This document shows positions 12,775-26,119 of a stretch of 64,000 bases of DNA, piece by piece; positions within the stretch are counted from its first letter, which is position 1, and each line of letters opens with the position of its first letter. The position numbers and the translations under genes were made by a program. Origin of the DNA: Curvularia clavata (taxonomy: Eukaryota); NCBI GenBank assembly GCA_023920165.1, contig CP089279.1:1674001-1738000 (forward strand), read 5' to 3'. The notes beneath the pieces were generated by a model. The model had not been told where the DNA came from and did no database searches. It saw only the letters and a program-made list of their open reading frames with translations.

Positions 12775-15700
12775 AATGTATAAACAAAACCACCCTGCAG
12801 CCGTGCCGTGTATCCCGCCCACGCCTCGATTGTCGCGACGACACCGAACCTATCAATAGCACAAAGCGATATCGTTCTTGGCAATGCCTGTGTCATGTAG
12901 ACGCGGCTCGCCAGATAGGGAGCGTGGATGTCACTGTCCACCAAGGATACTGATAGACGTCGCTGAGGGGACGAGACCAAGACTGTGACAGGAGATATCC
13001 AAGAGCTGGAAGTATCTAAGCGCACAAAAGAGACTCCATAAACCGTGTGATGGTTCATGAAGCGACATTCGGTTGGGGTGGTATGGGGAATCGTGTAGCC
13101 ACCCAGCAATGTACTCAGATACTCACGATAACCATCCCCACATCCCCCCATTTTGTGGTCGAGAATATTGTGGGGGGGCCCGTATCAAAATCCACTTTGA
13201 GATGATCACTCGAAACCTACTACCGCTCTGATTGCTCGACTTGCACAACCGGCCGACGGCGAGTTTGGCTATCATGGCACGAAGCAGCCGCAAACACGAC
13301 AATATCAAAAGCACAATCTTAGCTGTTCAACAAGATGCAGGGTCTGATCTTCTTATCACCCGCGTTGATTCGCCAGTGCACATCACTGCGGAAGCCAAAC
13401 GTTGCTCATTGCTTGCCGCCCAGCCGCAGCGTACGCTTCCCTGCGTGAGATAAGGTACCGAGAGATAGTCGATCTTTGTTTTACATCCGCAATAGGAAGG
13501 CCCCTGCCTCTCTGAATACGTGGACTACGTGGGTTTGGCCCTAACTGGCCAGTTTGGTATGTTTTCGTAAGTGTCATTGGTTGCTTGGATGGTAAGTGAG
13601 GAGGATGTGAGGCTGAAAGGGGGGTGCAGGCACCACTCAGAGTACCGCTATCATATTGCGCAATGATAACGCTTGATGGTATCACAGTGCGCGACATGGC
13701 TTTGGCAGAAGACCCTGCGTTCTATAAGAACTACCGTGTGCCGCCATTGCATTTCAGGTTGGAAAGCAAATCTGTGCCCCTCGTTCCTGTGCACTTGACG
13801 ACCTGGTTCCGCTCCGCCGTTGTTGACCACCTTTCGCCGACAGCGCCAAGATGGCCCACCTTGAAGACGACCCTTTTCCCTCGAAGACACTAGAGTGAGC
13901 CATGGACGGCCAATCTCCAGAAAGGAGTGTTTGAGGAAAGCCACCTCGGTTTCCTTATTTTTTGTCGTTCGTGGTATTGAATGCCGGCGTGCAGCTATGC
14001 ACGCGTCAGCCGGACTGACCGAAGCAAGCAACGCACACACCCCTCCACTCCGCTGCGTATCTCGAGCCCGGCGGAATCATGTACCAAACGTCACGCCGAG
14101 CACCGCGCCCTTGCCACTGCCCTGATTCAACAACGACAGCACCTTGGGATGACATACAGGGCGACCAAGATTGGACGAAACAGCCTTGTACCAATTTGGA
14201 GGCATAGCACGCGAGCCTCCACGTCAGCGACGGCAGCGAGCACACGATCAGGAAAGACCCTTTCCCACTTGGAGGCCACGGCCGACCCCGTTGATAGTCG
14301 ACCGTTGTGTGCCCAATGTGGATCGTCCAAGGGCGGTGTCGTGGACGACGATCAAGGGGATCATCGTCCGAATTACCCATATACGACTTTCTAAATGAAT
14401 CACGTACTATAACCCCCACGGGTATCCCGCGTCTCGTATCGAAGGCATGCGACCTTGAAACCCTGCCAACTGGCACCAGGCGTCTCGACTTGAGGGAAAA
14501 GGTAGGAGACATGCATCCGTGTGCTCCAAGGGACTTGAGCGAGGGGCTATAGTATTGATGGTTGGCGGTTGCAGCGGTTGCGTAGTGCCGTGACTACCGT
14601 GTGAATGTGGGTTTTGGTGCAGCACCAGTCCCAAACATTGCGGGACAGCGAGCGGATATCTCCGCAGAAGAGGGTTTTTCCGAAGCATTGCAGACATCCG
14701 ATAACGCAGCGTTGCGACGCGTTTCGGAGTCGAGATTGGATATGGCGGAATGGAGCATAGCACAGTACAGAGGGCTCGTGTTGTTGAACGACTACTGTGT
14801 GTGTAGCGTGCCCAAAGCCATCAATGCGGCGACAAGCGAGGTTAGAGCGGATTCAGTCGGGTTTAGCAAAGGATCTAGGCTCCACTTTACCTGCTCATGC
14901 ATGCAAGTCAGAAGCAAATGGCGTTTTTTGGGGGGCAAAAAGAGAGGAGGGGAGGCTTTGCATGGACAGGGGTATGGCGCCTGACCGCTTGCTCCCTTTG
15001 GGACAAGGTACGTGGGGGTGCATCCTCTTCTCAATATCACACGTACCCTGCCTGCATGCTTCTACTACTGATGAGTAAACTCAAAACGGAGCTCCTGGGC
15101 CGCCTTGAATAGCACGAGCGAGAAAATGGCTCAGCAGTCGGCGAAGCGTGTGCCGTAGTGACATGACTTGGCGGCAGCACTGGTTCGCATGTGAAAGTCT
15201 GCTGCAGTGGTAAGCCGGGATCTAAACGACTGGTTCCAAATTAGCCGATGCGCGACGTCAACCATCGGTGGTTGCGGGCTGCTAGATGAATCAGGTCCGA
15301 AGTAATGCCAGTCGGCAAAAGCAGCATGAGTGGTAGCTGGGTAAATTGCTGGACCCTTTTACAACGTTGGGAGGAATATGAAGCGCTGGTGGGTACTTGG
15401 TAGAATCTGGTTCGACCCAGCAAAGCAAAGCAATGCAATGCATTTGCAAGTGCAAGTGCAGGCGCACAAACCTACTACCACAGCTCGGTGGTCTAAAGGA
15501 AAAACCGTTGGCGGCTGAATTTGACATGCTGTAAAGGCAATGCTAGCCAAGAGCGAGCGAAACTTGTCCGATCTTGGAGGACGGCGTCAGAAACACACAG
15601 ATCGCACTCCAAACATCAAGAAAACCCCCTCCCATCCGTGGATGTGTCTCACGTGCTTTCACTATGTACCATAAATGTGTCTTATCCGTGTGTGATCGGC

Positions 15701-17596
15701 TTTTTGGGCGTGTATACTGTATGCAGGACCTCCGTCCTGACGTAGTATGTATGTACATATGCCCCTGTCTAGACTAGAACGTCGGGTAGCAGGGCGCGTA
15801 AAAGATCTAGAAGAATTGCCACAAGCTACGACGGTGACTATCGTTCATGCGAGTGTTTTTGTGTGACTCTCCACTGTGTGCGTAACGGTTACATGTAGAG
15901 GAGTTTACATATGGATCCTCTTCCCAGCTGCACGGGGTTTCCTATGATAGTAATGCCTACACGTCGGCATGTGGATGCTGGTGGAGCAGGTTGTGGCCAG
16001 CTGGGTTGGGGTTTGGGCTTGTCTGTAGCAGAAATAGGATACAGGTGGAGGAGGTTGTTTTGCCGGCTCAAGGAGCCGTTCAAGGGGGATCCGCTGGGGC
16101 AGTGGATGCTGTTGAGCACGCCAGACCCTAGAGTTGTACCTGTGTTGCGTGTATCGGGGGTTAGAGATTGTGCATCAGCCAAAAAAGGCTGCAGCCACGT
16201 GCTCGTGCACCGAGAGCAGTGGGCCCAGCGGACAGGCTAATCGTGGATGTGGGCCTGGTAAACAAGAGACCCTGAGATGGGATGAGATGAGCGAGTGAGG
16301 CTGTCGGGAAATGTAGGAACAGAAGTGCCGAGTCCAAGGGCGCGTTCCGGCCATGTTCGGATGTGATGCTCCACAAGCGGGTAAAACAATACATGGCCAT
16401 GTACATGGTACGTAGGCAGTGTAGTATGTAGAGGGGGCGAAAGTGTCTGGCTGCTGCTAGCTGGCTGGCTGGCGGACAGAGATCTGGCCGTCGAGAGACA
16501 AGGGCTCGGTTCGAGGCAGTGCAGCGAGGCACACCTGCCCCAGATTGAAAAGGAAATACAGGTGCATGGCGTGTGAACGAGCGGCGGCGCACTGCTGCTA
16601 CACCATGGTGCTGGCGGTCAATGGGCAGGGCAGGGCAGGCTGACGAATGGCACGGCTGAGGGGGCGGGTGTCTATTCGTGTAAGCTTCCAAGGCTACTGT
16701 CGCGGTGGATCTCGAGGGGAGCTAGAAGGCGTCAGGACAGGGAAGAGGGAACATTAGCGAGCTGCCGTCCGTGAGGGTGTGCATGCAGAAAGCAGTGGGA
16801 ACAAAAGTGACGTACCGGGCGCAGACTGAGGCCATGGCCAGAATTGCCGGGCGACGAGAAAAAAAAACAGCAAAACCTCCCGCGAGTATTCGCACACGGG
16901 CACACAGTGAAATGGCTCCGAGCCCGTTAGCCAGGATGCCTAGCTGAGGATGAGCAGCACGGTTCAAGCGGTCTTGAGACGGACCGGGGCCTGCATGCTA
17001 AGCGGCAGCAGGCAAGCCAGGCCAAGACGAGGCAAGGCAAGGTAGGGCCAGGCAAACCGCGTCCCGTTGAACCGTCGTCGAGGTGTCGTGTGCATATTGG
17101 CGGGTCTGGCAGGTCCTGGTGGTCGGAGATTGCCCGTATGCGAGGGCCGCTGTGGAGAGGGAGAGGCGAGCAGCGAGGGCGACGAGGGGCGGGGAGCAAG
17201 GGAGCAAGGGAGGCGTCTTGGACATTGATTCGCAGTCCAAGGCATTCTGCCGCGCTCGTCGACGGTGTATGGATGGCTATTACTCGGTAGAGAGGGCAAT
17301 GGCAGCGCCCCAAACCGCCGCCCCCCAGCTGGGCGCCGGGGCTCGGACATGGAGGGCCACGCTGGCTGCACACGTGATTGGCTCTGGCGCTCGCAGGGTG
17401 GGGGCTGGCGTGGGTGAAGGTGCTCCACCCTCTGCATCTCATTCTCTCCCAGAGGCCCAGCGTCACGACTCTCGACCCACCGGGCGCCCCCTGCTGCCGT
17501 CGCATGCTCGTTGCAATTCAATTATTGCGCCGCTCACTGGACTGCACCGGCGCGCAACCACCCTAGACATATCGAGCGTCTTTCCCCGTGGAGGCC

Positions 17597-17653
17597 GACG
17601 ACTACGACTGTGACTACGACGACGGCTACGACGACTCTTGCTGCTGCTGCTAC
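17597..17653 (+). repeat. Degenerate (ACG/ACT)n then (CTG)n trinucleotide tract in the areA leader region
   Basis: gacgactacgactgtgactacgacgacggctacgacgact...ctgctgctgcta read directly. Confidence 0.7.
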
Positions 17654-17827
17654 ATACTACATACTACATACCATCACGCTGCATAGCCTCGCAGCCCACG
17701 CCCAGCAATCCTCTGCACCCGCTAATTACCCAGTCCCTAGGGCCCTATTTCGGCTGTGGTTGCAGCTGAGGGCCGCTGCCAACGTGGGGTGCACCCATCC
17801 CATCCTGAGCACGCGCCGACCCAGCTA

Positions 17828-17854
17828 CATCATCATCATCACCATCATCATCAT
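17828..17854 (+). repeat. (CAT)n microsatellite in the areA 5' UTR
   Basis: catcatcatcatcaccatcatcatcat, about 70-100 nt before the ATG. Confidence 0.8.
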
Positions 17855-17925
17855 CTTCCTTCACTGCACATTTACCACCGCCCTCCCAAGAGGGCACTGT
17901 CCCCGCCCCGCCCCCAACCTCTCCC

Positions 17926-20726
17926 ATGGACTTTGCTAGAGACGACGCCATGGACATTTCGCCTGCTCAAGACTCGGCCCGCAGAGGCGTCCTCCAGGAC
18001 GCCATATTTCCAGCATTTGGCAACGATGCGGGCAGCCCCGACGCAGACTCACCAGAGCAGATGCAGAAGAACGACCCGCTGGGCACCCAGATATGGAAGC
18101 TCTACTCGCGAGCAAAGACGCAGCTGCCCAATGCTGAGCGCATGGAGAACCTGACATGGCGCATGATGGCCATGAACATGCGCCGTGCCGACATGGATCG
18201 CAACAAAGGGTACGGACGCTGCTACTTGCTTTTGCTTTTGCGCCCCTACCAGCCCAGCGAGCCCTCCTCAACCAGCTGCTAACTTTTGTTTCTGGTGTAG
18301 GCCTAGCCAGACCACTACTTCTAGCAACCAGATGATGCCCCCACCCGCAGCGTCCGCAAGGCCGCCGCCTCGCACTGCTCCCAGCGGCATTGCTCAGCAG
18401 CTGCGAAAATCCCAGGATCAACAAGCCCAGGCACACCAGCCCGCCCAGGACGCCATGAACCTGGACGATTTTATATTTCCTTCATCGGTTGGCAGCCCTG
18501 CAGGCCTATCGCCCCAAGCGTCGAATGAGGATGCGGCTCCATTTATTGCAACAGCCCCGGCGATACCGATAAGAAAGCCGCATCTGGCCAACGACCATAA
18601 CCTCTCCCTTGCCCGCGCATCCGCTCCTTCAGTGCCTCCTACCATCAACAAAGAGGATGAGTTTGGCTACGTCCCACGACACGTTCGCAAGACCAGCATC
18701 GACGAGCGACGAGTGAGTCCCTTATCTCTCTTCCTTCCTGCCCCCCTTCCCTCCCTTGCTCGCCATCTTCCCTCTTACCCCCTCGCCCTCCTCACTAACC
18801 GTCTTATCAGCCGCCTAAGCGCCGCGCAGAAGCGTCTCCTCTGGTCCCTCCTGTCAACAGCATCATGATCCCTACCGATGCCCACGCAGAGGCCGACCTG
18901 AACCACTACTCGCTGGACCACAGCAGTAGCATGCAGCCACCCGCCTTCCCCGCCTCCCAAGGCCAGAGTGCCTTCTCCTTGGATAATTTCCAGATGCACG
19001 AAGATTCTGTCGTGCACTCGGCAGGGCCCTACCAGCAGAGTTTCTCAGGCTTCTCACCTGTTGGCTCCCCCCTCATGAGCCACAACGCTTTCAACTCCAA
19101 CATGTTCAACCATAACTCCATGGCCTCGTCACTCAACTCTACCGACTACTACTCTCCACCCAGCTCCGCCTTCCCCTCTACTGTCTCCACCCCACAGCCT
19201 ATCCCAGAGGACAACCAAATGTACTTTGACCGGAGTGGCATGGACATCCGCTCCACACAACATGGTGCCTCATACGGACCCCACCGGCCGTCAAACCTGT
19301 CCACTTCAATCCAGCCGCAATACATTTTCAACCCTGGGGCCGGAGGTCAAGACTCGGTTTTCAGTCCGGTCACGAGTGCGAGCTCTTCGCTCCCATTCTC
19401 TGTGTCGTCGTTTGGTCAGTCAAACCACGTCGATCCGTCGCAGGTACTCCACAACAACCTCCCCCTGCGTCAGCAGCATGAGATGCAAATGGGCCGCCAA
19501 GAAAACATGTTTACCTTTGGTGCCGATTCTGACGCCGAGGATGACGAAGGAAGTGCTTTCGCCGACCGCACTATGCCAACGCAGGACTACTCGCAAATGG
19601 ACGACGGCTCGGTCGACTTCAACGCGGGATACCAGTGGGAAACAAATCTTTCCAACCAATTCAATCCCATGCAAGCGCGGTATCCTGCTGGCCCGCCTCG
19701 CAAGACTGTCACAATTGGTGGAACAGAGATGGTTCACTCACCGCAAGATCATTGGAGTCCCGGGGGTAGCCTTGGTCGGACCCATGGCTCGGCCGCTTCG
19801 GTCAGTGACATACGCAATAGAGGCACCGATCCACGACGCCAGAAAATACCCCGCACCAGCTCAACTCCAAACGCAGCTGGAATGATGCACCAGGGCATGC
19901 ATGGTCTCATGTCATCGCCAAACTCACCTCCAGAGTCTGGCTTCAACTCTGCAGCACCATCACGACCTCAAAGTCCTGGTGGCACAAAACAAAGCGAGGG
20001 TGGTGCTCCAACGACTTGCACCAACTGCTTTACCCAAACAACGCCGCTGTGGCGCCGTAACCCCGAAGGGCACCCACTTTGCAATGCATGTGGCCTATTC
20101 TTGAAGCTGCATGGCGTCGTCCGACCCTTGTCGCTGAAAACCGATGTCATCAAGAAGCGCAATCGTGGTAGCGGCAACGCACCAGTAGGCGCCGCATCCA
20201 CGCGCTCGTCTAAGAAATCATCCCGCAAAAATTCCATTGCACATACGCCAGTCACAACACCCACATCACACAAAGCCGCTGATTCCGAGTCTCCAAAGTC
20301 TACTGGCTCGGCTGGTGGGGGCTCCAATCTCTCCTCAGCTACGACACCGACTTCGTCAAAGCCGAGCAGCGTAGTCCCTATTGCTCCAGGCCCACCCAAA
20401 TCCAACAGTTCTGTCACCTTGAACCAATCTCGCAGCGTCGCTGTCGCACCTAAACGGAGCCGTGGGCAGAGCAAAAGCGAATCACAAGAGCTGGAAATGG
20501 CTGATGCGGATGATACCAACGGAAGGGCACCACTACGCAGAAAAGACACTGCGATTGCCACTTCCAGTCCATTTCCGGGACAAAGCCTTGGTGCTCTCCC
20601 TATGGGCGCCATGGGCCAGGGTTTGCAGTCGTCTGGTCCTGCTGAATGGGTATGTACACGCAATTCTGGGTTGAGATATCTTCGCTAACAACTGTCGTGT
20701 AGGAATGGCTCACCATGAGTTTGTAA
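17926..20726 (+). CDS. areA: Nitrogen regulatory GATA transcription factor AreA/NIT2
   Basis: Exons 17926-18209, 18301-18712, 18811-20649, 20703-20726. N-terminal [11 protein letters not shown]...[26 protein letters not shown] finger [50 protein letters not shown], and the diagnostic C-terminus EWEWLTMSL. Confidence 0.97.
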
Positions 20727-21763
20727 CGACGGAAATATCTTCCGTACATTTTACAGACCTTATCCCAGATCCAATCCGAGCATCACATACACACACACAG
20801 GGATCCTTCGGGACCCATAACGATCCGCACCTGCTTTTCTTTTGCACAACAGCTTTGGTGTCTGGAGTTTTGAAGCGGCCGGCTCTTATGACGCCGGCTG
20901 CACTCGTATTTTTGAATGTCTTTCAACTGCCTTTGATACCTCAGCCTTTGGCAATGCGATGTGCTGCAACGATAGACATGGACTAGCTTTTTGTTTTCTG
21001 ACATACCCTGTTTGCTTTTTTGCTAGTCAGCAGATGGAGGAGGCAGGCGCTCCATCAAGCTGTATATCGCTCTAATGTCTCACAAGGAGGAGGAAGACGT
21101 GGATAGAGGCCGGTCTCGGCTGCCTTTATGTATCCGACGTCATTGTATCTTCGGCGTGACCTTTTTCCACTACGTGAGGTTATGAGGGATATTCTGGGAT
21201 CTACGATGTGTTCAAGATGGCCACACATCTTTACACATTGCGGCACCAACAACACTGGGATCTACTCTTGTTGTTCTCTCTGTCTCTATCTTGATTTAGG
21301 AGGATGAATCTGGGCAACTTGGATTATGTAACTGGATACAACCTATTGGGATGAGTGTAAATAAGACATTTTCTTGGCACTTGACCTGATATCTTTGACT
21401 GTCGTGATTCATTCTTCGGAGGAAACAAGTGAACGCTATGTTTTCACAAAGTCGACTGTAGTTGCCTGCACGTGATGACTTGGCCCCTAGCCTATACTGG
21501 GTAATCAAATGACTCTAATTTTAAACACACTTATTCTAATTCTTTATAGCAATAGCATAGTGTATTGATACATCAGGAGGCACGCCACAGCTGAAACCGT
21601 AATGTCCGTCGCTCGGCTCCGCAGCGCCCCGGTTAGTTAACCGTGGGCCGGCCCTTCCGTTCTTCCTCCAGGATTTCATCATCCCGTCAGATGCTTAGCT
21701 CAGCCTCTTTCAACGACACCTCTTGTAACCCGTCAAAAGCCTCCAACTATATCACCAGTCAAG

Positions 21764-22635
21764 ATGCCAAAAGCCCTGATCCTCGTCGCAGATGGCTCGG
21801 AAGAGATTGAATTCGTGACTCCTTACGATGGTATGTAGTAGGCATGTCCAAGCTCGCTGACACAACAGATAGCGGGGTTTCTCGTGTAAATAAAATAGCA
21901 AACATGATTTGGATGCTGATGCACACATTCCATATAGTCTTGACCCGAGCGGGCTTCGAAGTCCAAAGTGCAGGTGTATCACTCCAGAATGCAGCATTTG
22001 CGCAGTGAGTACAATCATCATCAATAACTTGAGGTGGAATGGGATGAGCATCCAATCCAAAACAATCGCGACCCCGAACCCTTCAACTGACCAATGCGGG
22101 GTACGCAATTCCCGTTTCTAGCATGTCACGCAACATACGCATAGTACCCGACCATGCCGATGTACAGGCCTTGAATGATCCACACGAAACTTTCGACATC
22201 CTCATTCTCCCTGGAGGCGGACCCGGCTCAAAGACCTTCTGCGAGAGCAACGACGTGCTCCAACTCATTCATGGCTTTCAGCAAAAGAGCAAATACATTG
22301 CTGCGATTTGTGCGGCTACGACGGCTCTGGTTGCTTCAGCAGAGAAGTTTGAGATTGCGAAGGCGAGGGTCACGAGTCACCCCAGCGTAGCAAATGATGT
22401 CAAAGCTAAAGGCTGGGAATATAGTGAGGAGAGGATTGTGGTGGATGGAAGAGTTATTACGAGTCGAGGGTAGGATAATGTCACGTGTTCAAGTATCAGG
22501 GTGGATTTTTTTTGCTAACTGAAGGACAGACCGGGTACGGCGATGCTGTTCGCACTGACGATTGTCGAACTCCTGTGTGGAAAGGAGAAGAGGGGTGAGA
22601 TTGCGGGGCCTATGGTGCTGGCGGAGAGTTTGTAG
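21764..22635 (+). CDS. DJ-1/PfpI (ThiJ/YajL-like) protein
   Basis: Exons 21764-21830, 21938-22004, 22122-22469, 22530-22635: MPKALILVADGSEEIEFVTPYDVLTRAG...DILILPGGGPG...IAAICAAT...VITSRGPGTAMLFAL. The family catalytic Glu and Cys are present. Confidence 0.92.
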
Positions 22636-23762
22636 GAAAGATATTTATACACTCAGAACACCCAGAGGTTATGTAGCATCCAGGGACTACGCAGTCTGTG
22701 TGGTAGTAAATGACGATGCAGTTTCCAAAGGAAAGAAAAAACGCGACTTGGTCCGGAGTGGGAAAAATCCATGTGGATCTGGGGCTAAGCCCATGAGACC
22801 AGTGTACATGGCATATGGGGGCAACGCAGTACGCGCAACAGTTTCATGCATGTTCTGTTCTACATGCGGCGTTATCATCCAAACCGTTGTACGATTGGTG
22901 GGCCACCATACTAATCCTAGGAGCTGTCACCGCCGCATTGACAGCGGGCTGAATCTACCTATGCTTTAGCCGTTCAAGCGTTTCCGATTGACTACACAGA
23001 TGGGGAGATTGAGGGCTTGGCTCTAGACCAAGTTTGAAAAACAAAGAGGGTGATACGTGTTTTTTATTGGAGCACATGGGCGAGGGCCGGCGAGGCGAAT
23101 TTGGGCCGAGCCCAGCGTTGCCTCGAAACGAATGCGAATGTGATTAGAACGAAGCGACATGCATGTGTACAGTAATGAGCTGGAGCTTGTGTAAGTGTGT
23201 GGCGTGGCAAGTAGACTAGCTGCAGGCCGCCGATGTACATACCATGTACTTATGTATGTAAGTATGTACACGCCGTGGATGTAAGTACTCGGTCGAGTCA
23301 TGCTCCGGCCACCGGTGCTGATGTCTTCTTTGTGAGGATGCAAGCGACCTCGCTTGGAAATTTAGCCGATCTGGTCGGAATGATTAGAATTTCTGCCGCT
23401 GAGCCGCCCAGAGGTAAGACAAGACGTCAGACGTAAGTTGCCCACATCGCTTGGGCCTAAAGTCTTGTCAAGTAGCTACACAGCACGTAGACGAAATGTC
23501 TTACCATTGCAACTTGGTTCGGATGTGTCTTTTCCGGCATTCCGAACAGGGGCGGAGACAGACAAGTATGTACTATGTCCGAGGACGCATACGCAGGCTC
23601 CATCGCGTTGCAGTGCTACTCGAGTCGTATTCTGAGCTTCCTGATTGGGTCGCCCCGTGCTGAAACCTCAGGCGGCCTAGCGATGGCCGTGCAACTGAAG
23701 ATCCATCGCCCAGACTTTTACCTCCTATCCAACCACAGGCCACAGAGTCCGCATTTGCTGCA

Positions 23763-23790
23763 TATGCCGTATACGCCGTATACGCCGTAT
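23763..23790 (+). repeat. 9-bp tandem repeat (about 3 copies of TATACGCCG) in the P450 promoter
   Basis: tatgccgtatacgccgtatacgccgtat read directly. Confidence 0.7.
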
Positions 23791-24000
23791 TGGGCGTTAG
23801 CTTTCCTCTCCACACTTACTAGCACCTCAGCCTGTGCAAGGAGCTCATAGATAGGCGCCATGTTGAAGGCCAGGGGGTCGCGTAGACACCGCTCCATATA
23901 TCTGGCCCAGTCGCCTTCTCATTGACTCGCCTTCAGCTTCTCTGCAGCGTCAACGAACGCCTAGAATTTGCTCTCCCTTTTGGCACACGACTCCAACATC

Positions 24001-25859
24001 ATGGATCCCCAGACCGTCGAGCTGGTACTGCGTGCGCTGCAGACGACAGCCATTGCGGCTGTCCTCTTTGTAGCATGGACTTACATCCCAAAACTACAGT
24101 ACAAAGCTCATCTTAAGAAACTTCCTTCTTTGACTCCTGAGGGGAGTGTAAAAGCAAGGGCTAATTTCATGGCTTCGGCGAAGAAGATGTATCAAGATGG
24201 GTACGAGAAGGTAGGCTTGGTTCGGCACTTGGGGCAATAGCGTCCTTACTGATGGCATCCTCAAGTTCAAAGACAGTGCCTACGTCTTGATCAATGAGAA
24301 TGGTAAGTTGGTGAAAGCACCTTTTTAAGTTTCTGGATCATCACTAACATTCCTCCCCAAGGCAAGGAAAACGTTATCGTCCCTACACGTTTCCTACCTG
24401 AACTACGAAAGCTACCCGACAATATCCTCAGCTTTCCAGAGGCTATTACTGAGGCAAGTCTGAAAAACGAATGTCAGTAGTGGATCTGAGAGCCGTGCTG
24501 ACTCTTTTCCCGCAGGACATGGAGGTCAAATACACAAGGCTAACAGTCGAGCACCACACATCGACCGATACCGTCAGATCAAAGCTAACGCCAGCACTTC
24601 GTAAGACCCTATTACAAAGAATGTGGCGTACGATTTAGTTTTACTGACGTCTACCCTAGCCCGCTTGAACCCAGCCATCTGTCGGGATGTTGATAGCGCA
24701 GTGAAGACCTATCTGCCGCCTTGTGACGACTGGACCGAAGTCAACATCAACGAGAAACTAGTTCGTATCGTTGCCAAGGTCTCTGGTACCATCTTTGTAG
24801 GCCCCGAACTCTCCAGCGACCCCGAGTACCTCGATGCAGGATGCTTCTATACTGTCGATCTCATGAATGCCGTCACAGCTATGAAGAAGCTTCGTCCCTG
24901 GCTGAAACCCTTCCTGGCCTCACGCACCCCGGAAATCATTGCCCTCCGTGCACGTGAAAAGCAAGCTGAACGTGTCCTCCGTCCCATTGTCCAAGAGCGT
25001 ATTGCGGCCAAGGCTAGCGATCCCAACTGGCAAGAACCCGATGACATGCTGCAATGGATGATTAACAAGAGCGATGGCAAGGAGTCCGTTGCCTCGCTCG
25101 CCAAAGCCCAGCTTTCTTTGATTTTTGCCGCTATTCACACGACCAGCATGACTGTCACAAACATCATATACACGCTCGCTGTTATGCCAGAGTACCTAGA
25201 GCCGCTTCGTGAGGAGATTCGCAACGTCATGGCTGACGAGGGTGGTGTTATTACGTTCCGCGCGCTGCAAAAGATGGAAAAGCTGGATAGCTACATGAAG
25301 GAGGTTCTGCGATTCTACGGTCCTGTCATGAGTAAGTTTTCTTGAGGAAGAATGAGGGCTCAAACGAGCCATCCTCTCGTCTCCCGCATTAGTTAAAAAC
25401 CCCCATGAGAACCCGGCACTAACTTTCTCTCAAGCATCCTTTACTCGCCGCGCCCTCAAAGGCATCACCCTCAGCAACGGCCAATACATCCCCGCCGGCG
25501 TCCTCATCGAAGTCCCTGCCGCCGCCGTCTACAAAGACGACTCGCTCTATCCCTCCTCCGACACCTTCGACGGCTTCCGCGCCTACAAGGCCCGCTCCAC
25601 CGGAAAAGCCGCTGACATTGCCCGCAACCAGTTTGTCACTTCTAACGAGGAGAATCTCACATTTGGCTACGGACGACACGCCTGCCCCGGACGCTTCTTT
25701 GCTGCCAACGAAATCAAGATGATTATTGCGCGTCTTATCCTCGATTACGACATCAAGATGCCCAACGACCAAACGGAGAGATACCCACAGATAGAGATTG
25801 GAAAAGTTTCTATGCCGGATCCGACCAAGACACTGGCGTTCAAGAGAGTTGTTGTGTAG
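24001..25859 (+). CDS. Cytochrome P450 monooxygenase (ent-kaurene-oxidase-like fungal clan)
   Basis: Exons 24001-24210, 24266-24302, 24362-24453, 24516-24600, 24660-25331, 25435-25859. N-terminal membrane anchor, I-helix FAAIHTTS, ExxR (KEVLR), FDGFR, heme motif FGYGRHACPGRFFA. Confidence 0.93.
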
Positions 25860-26119
25860 ATATAGATTAGGTGTCTGCCTCAAGCGTGCGTACATATGTC
25901 CATTCGGTTTCTTCCTTTTCCTCTCTCTGCTTGGAACCATATGCATATGTAGGTCACCTACAACCAATGAATATATGAACTTTTTTTTTTCCTCGCAATG
26001 TGCTGGCTCATTAGCTAAAGAAAGACCGTGCAAATCCAAACGGCTTCATGAAACACCGCCGGTGGGAGATCTATGAATAGGGGATGGACAAGGATCTCGT
26101 TCCTATTAATAAACGTTCA

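Noticed and set aside
15405..15420. GGTTCGA T-loop/B-box-like motif suggesting a tRNA
   Set aside because: No complete T-stem, acceptor stem or anticodon arm can be formed.
17756..18154. Poly-His ORF overlapping the areA start
   Set aside because: Starts at GTG and the His run comes from the (CAT)n microsatellite. The areA frame itself is closed by TGA at 17806, so there is no long N-terminal extension.
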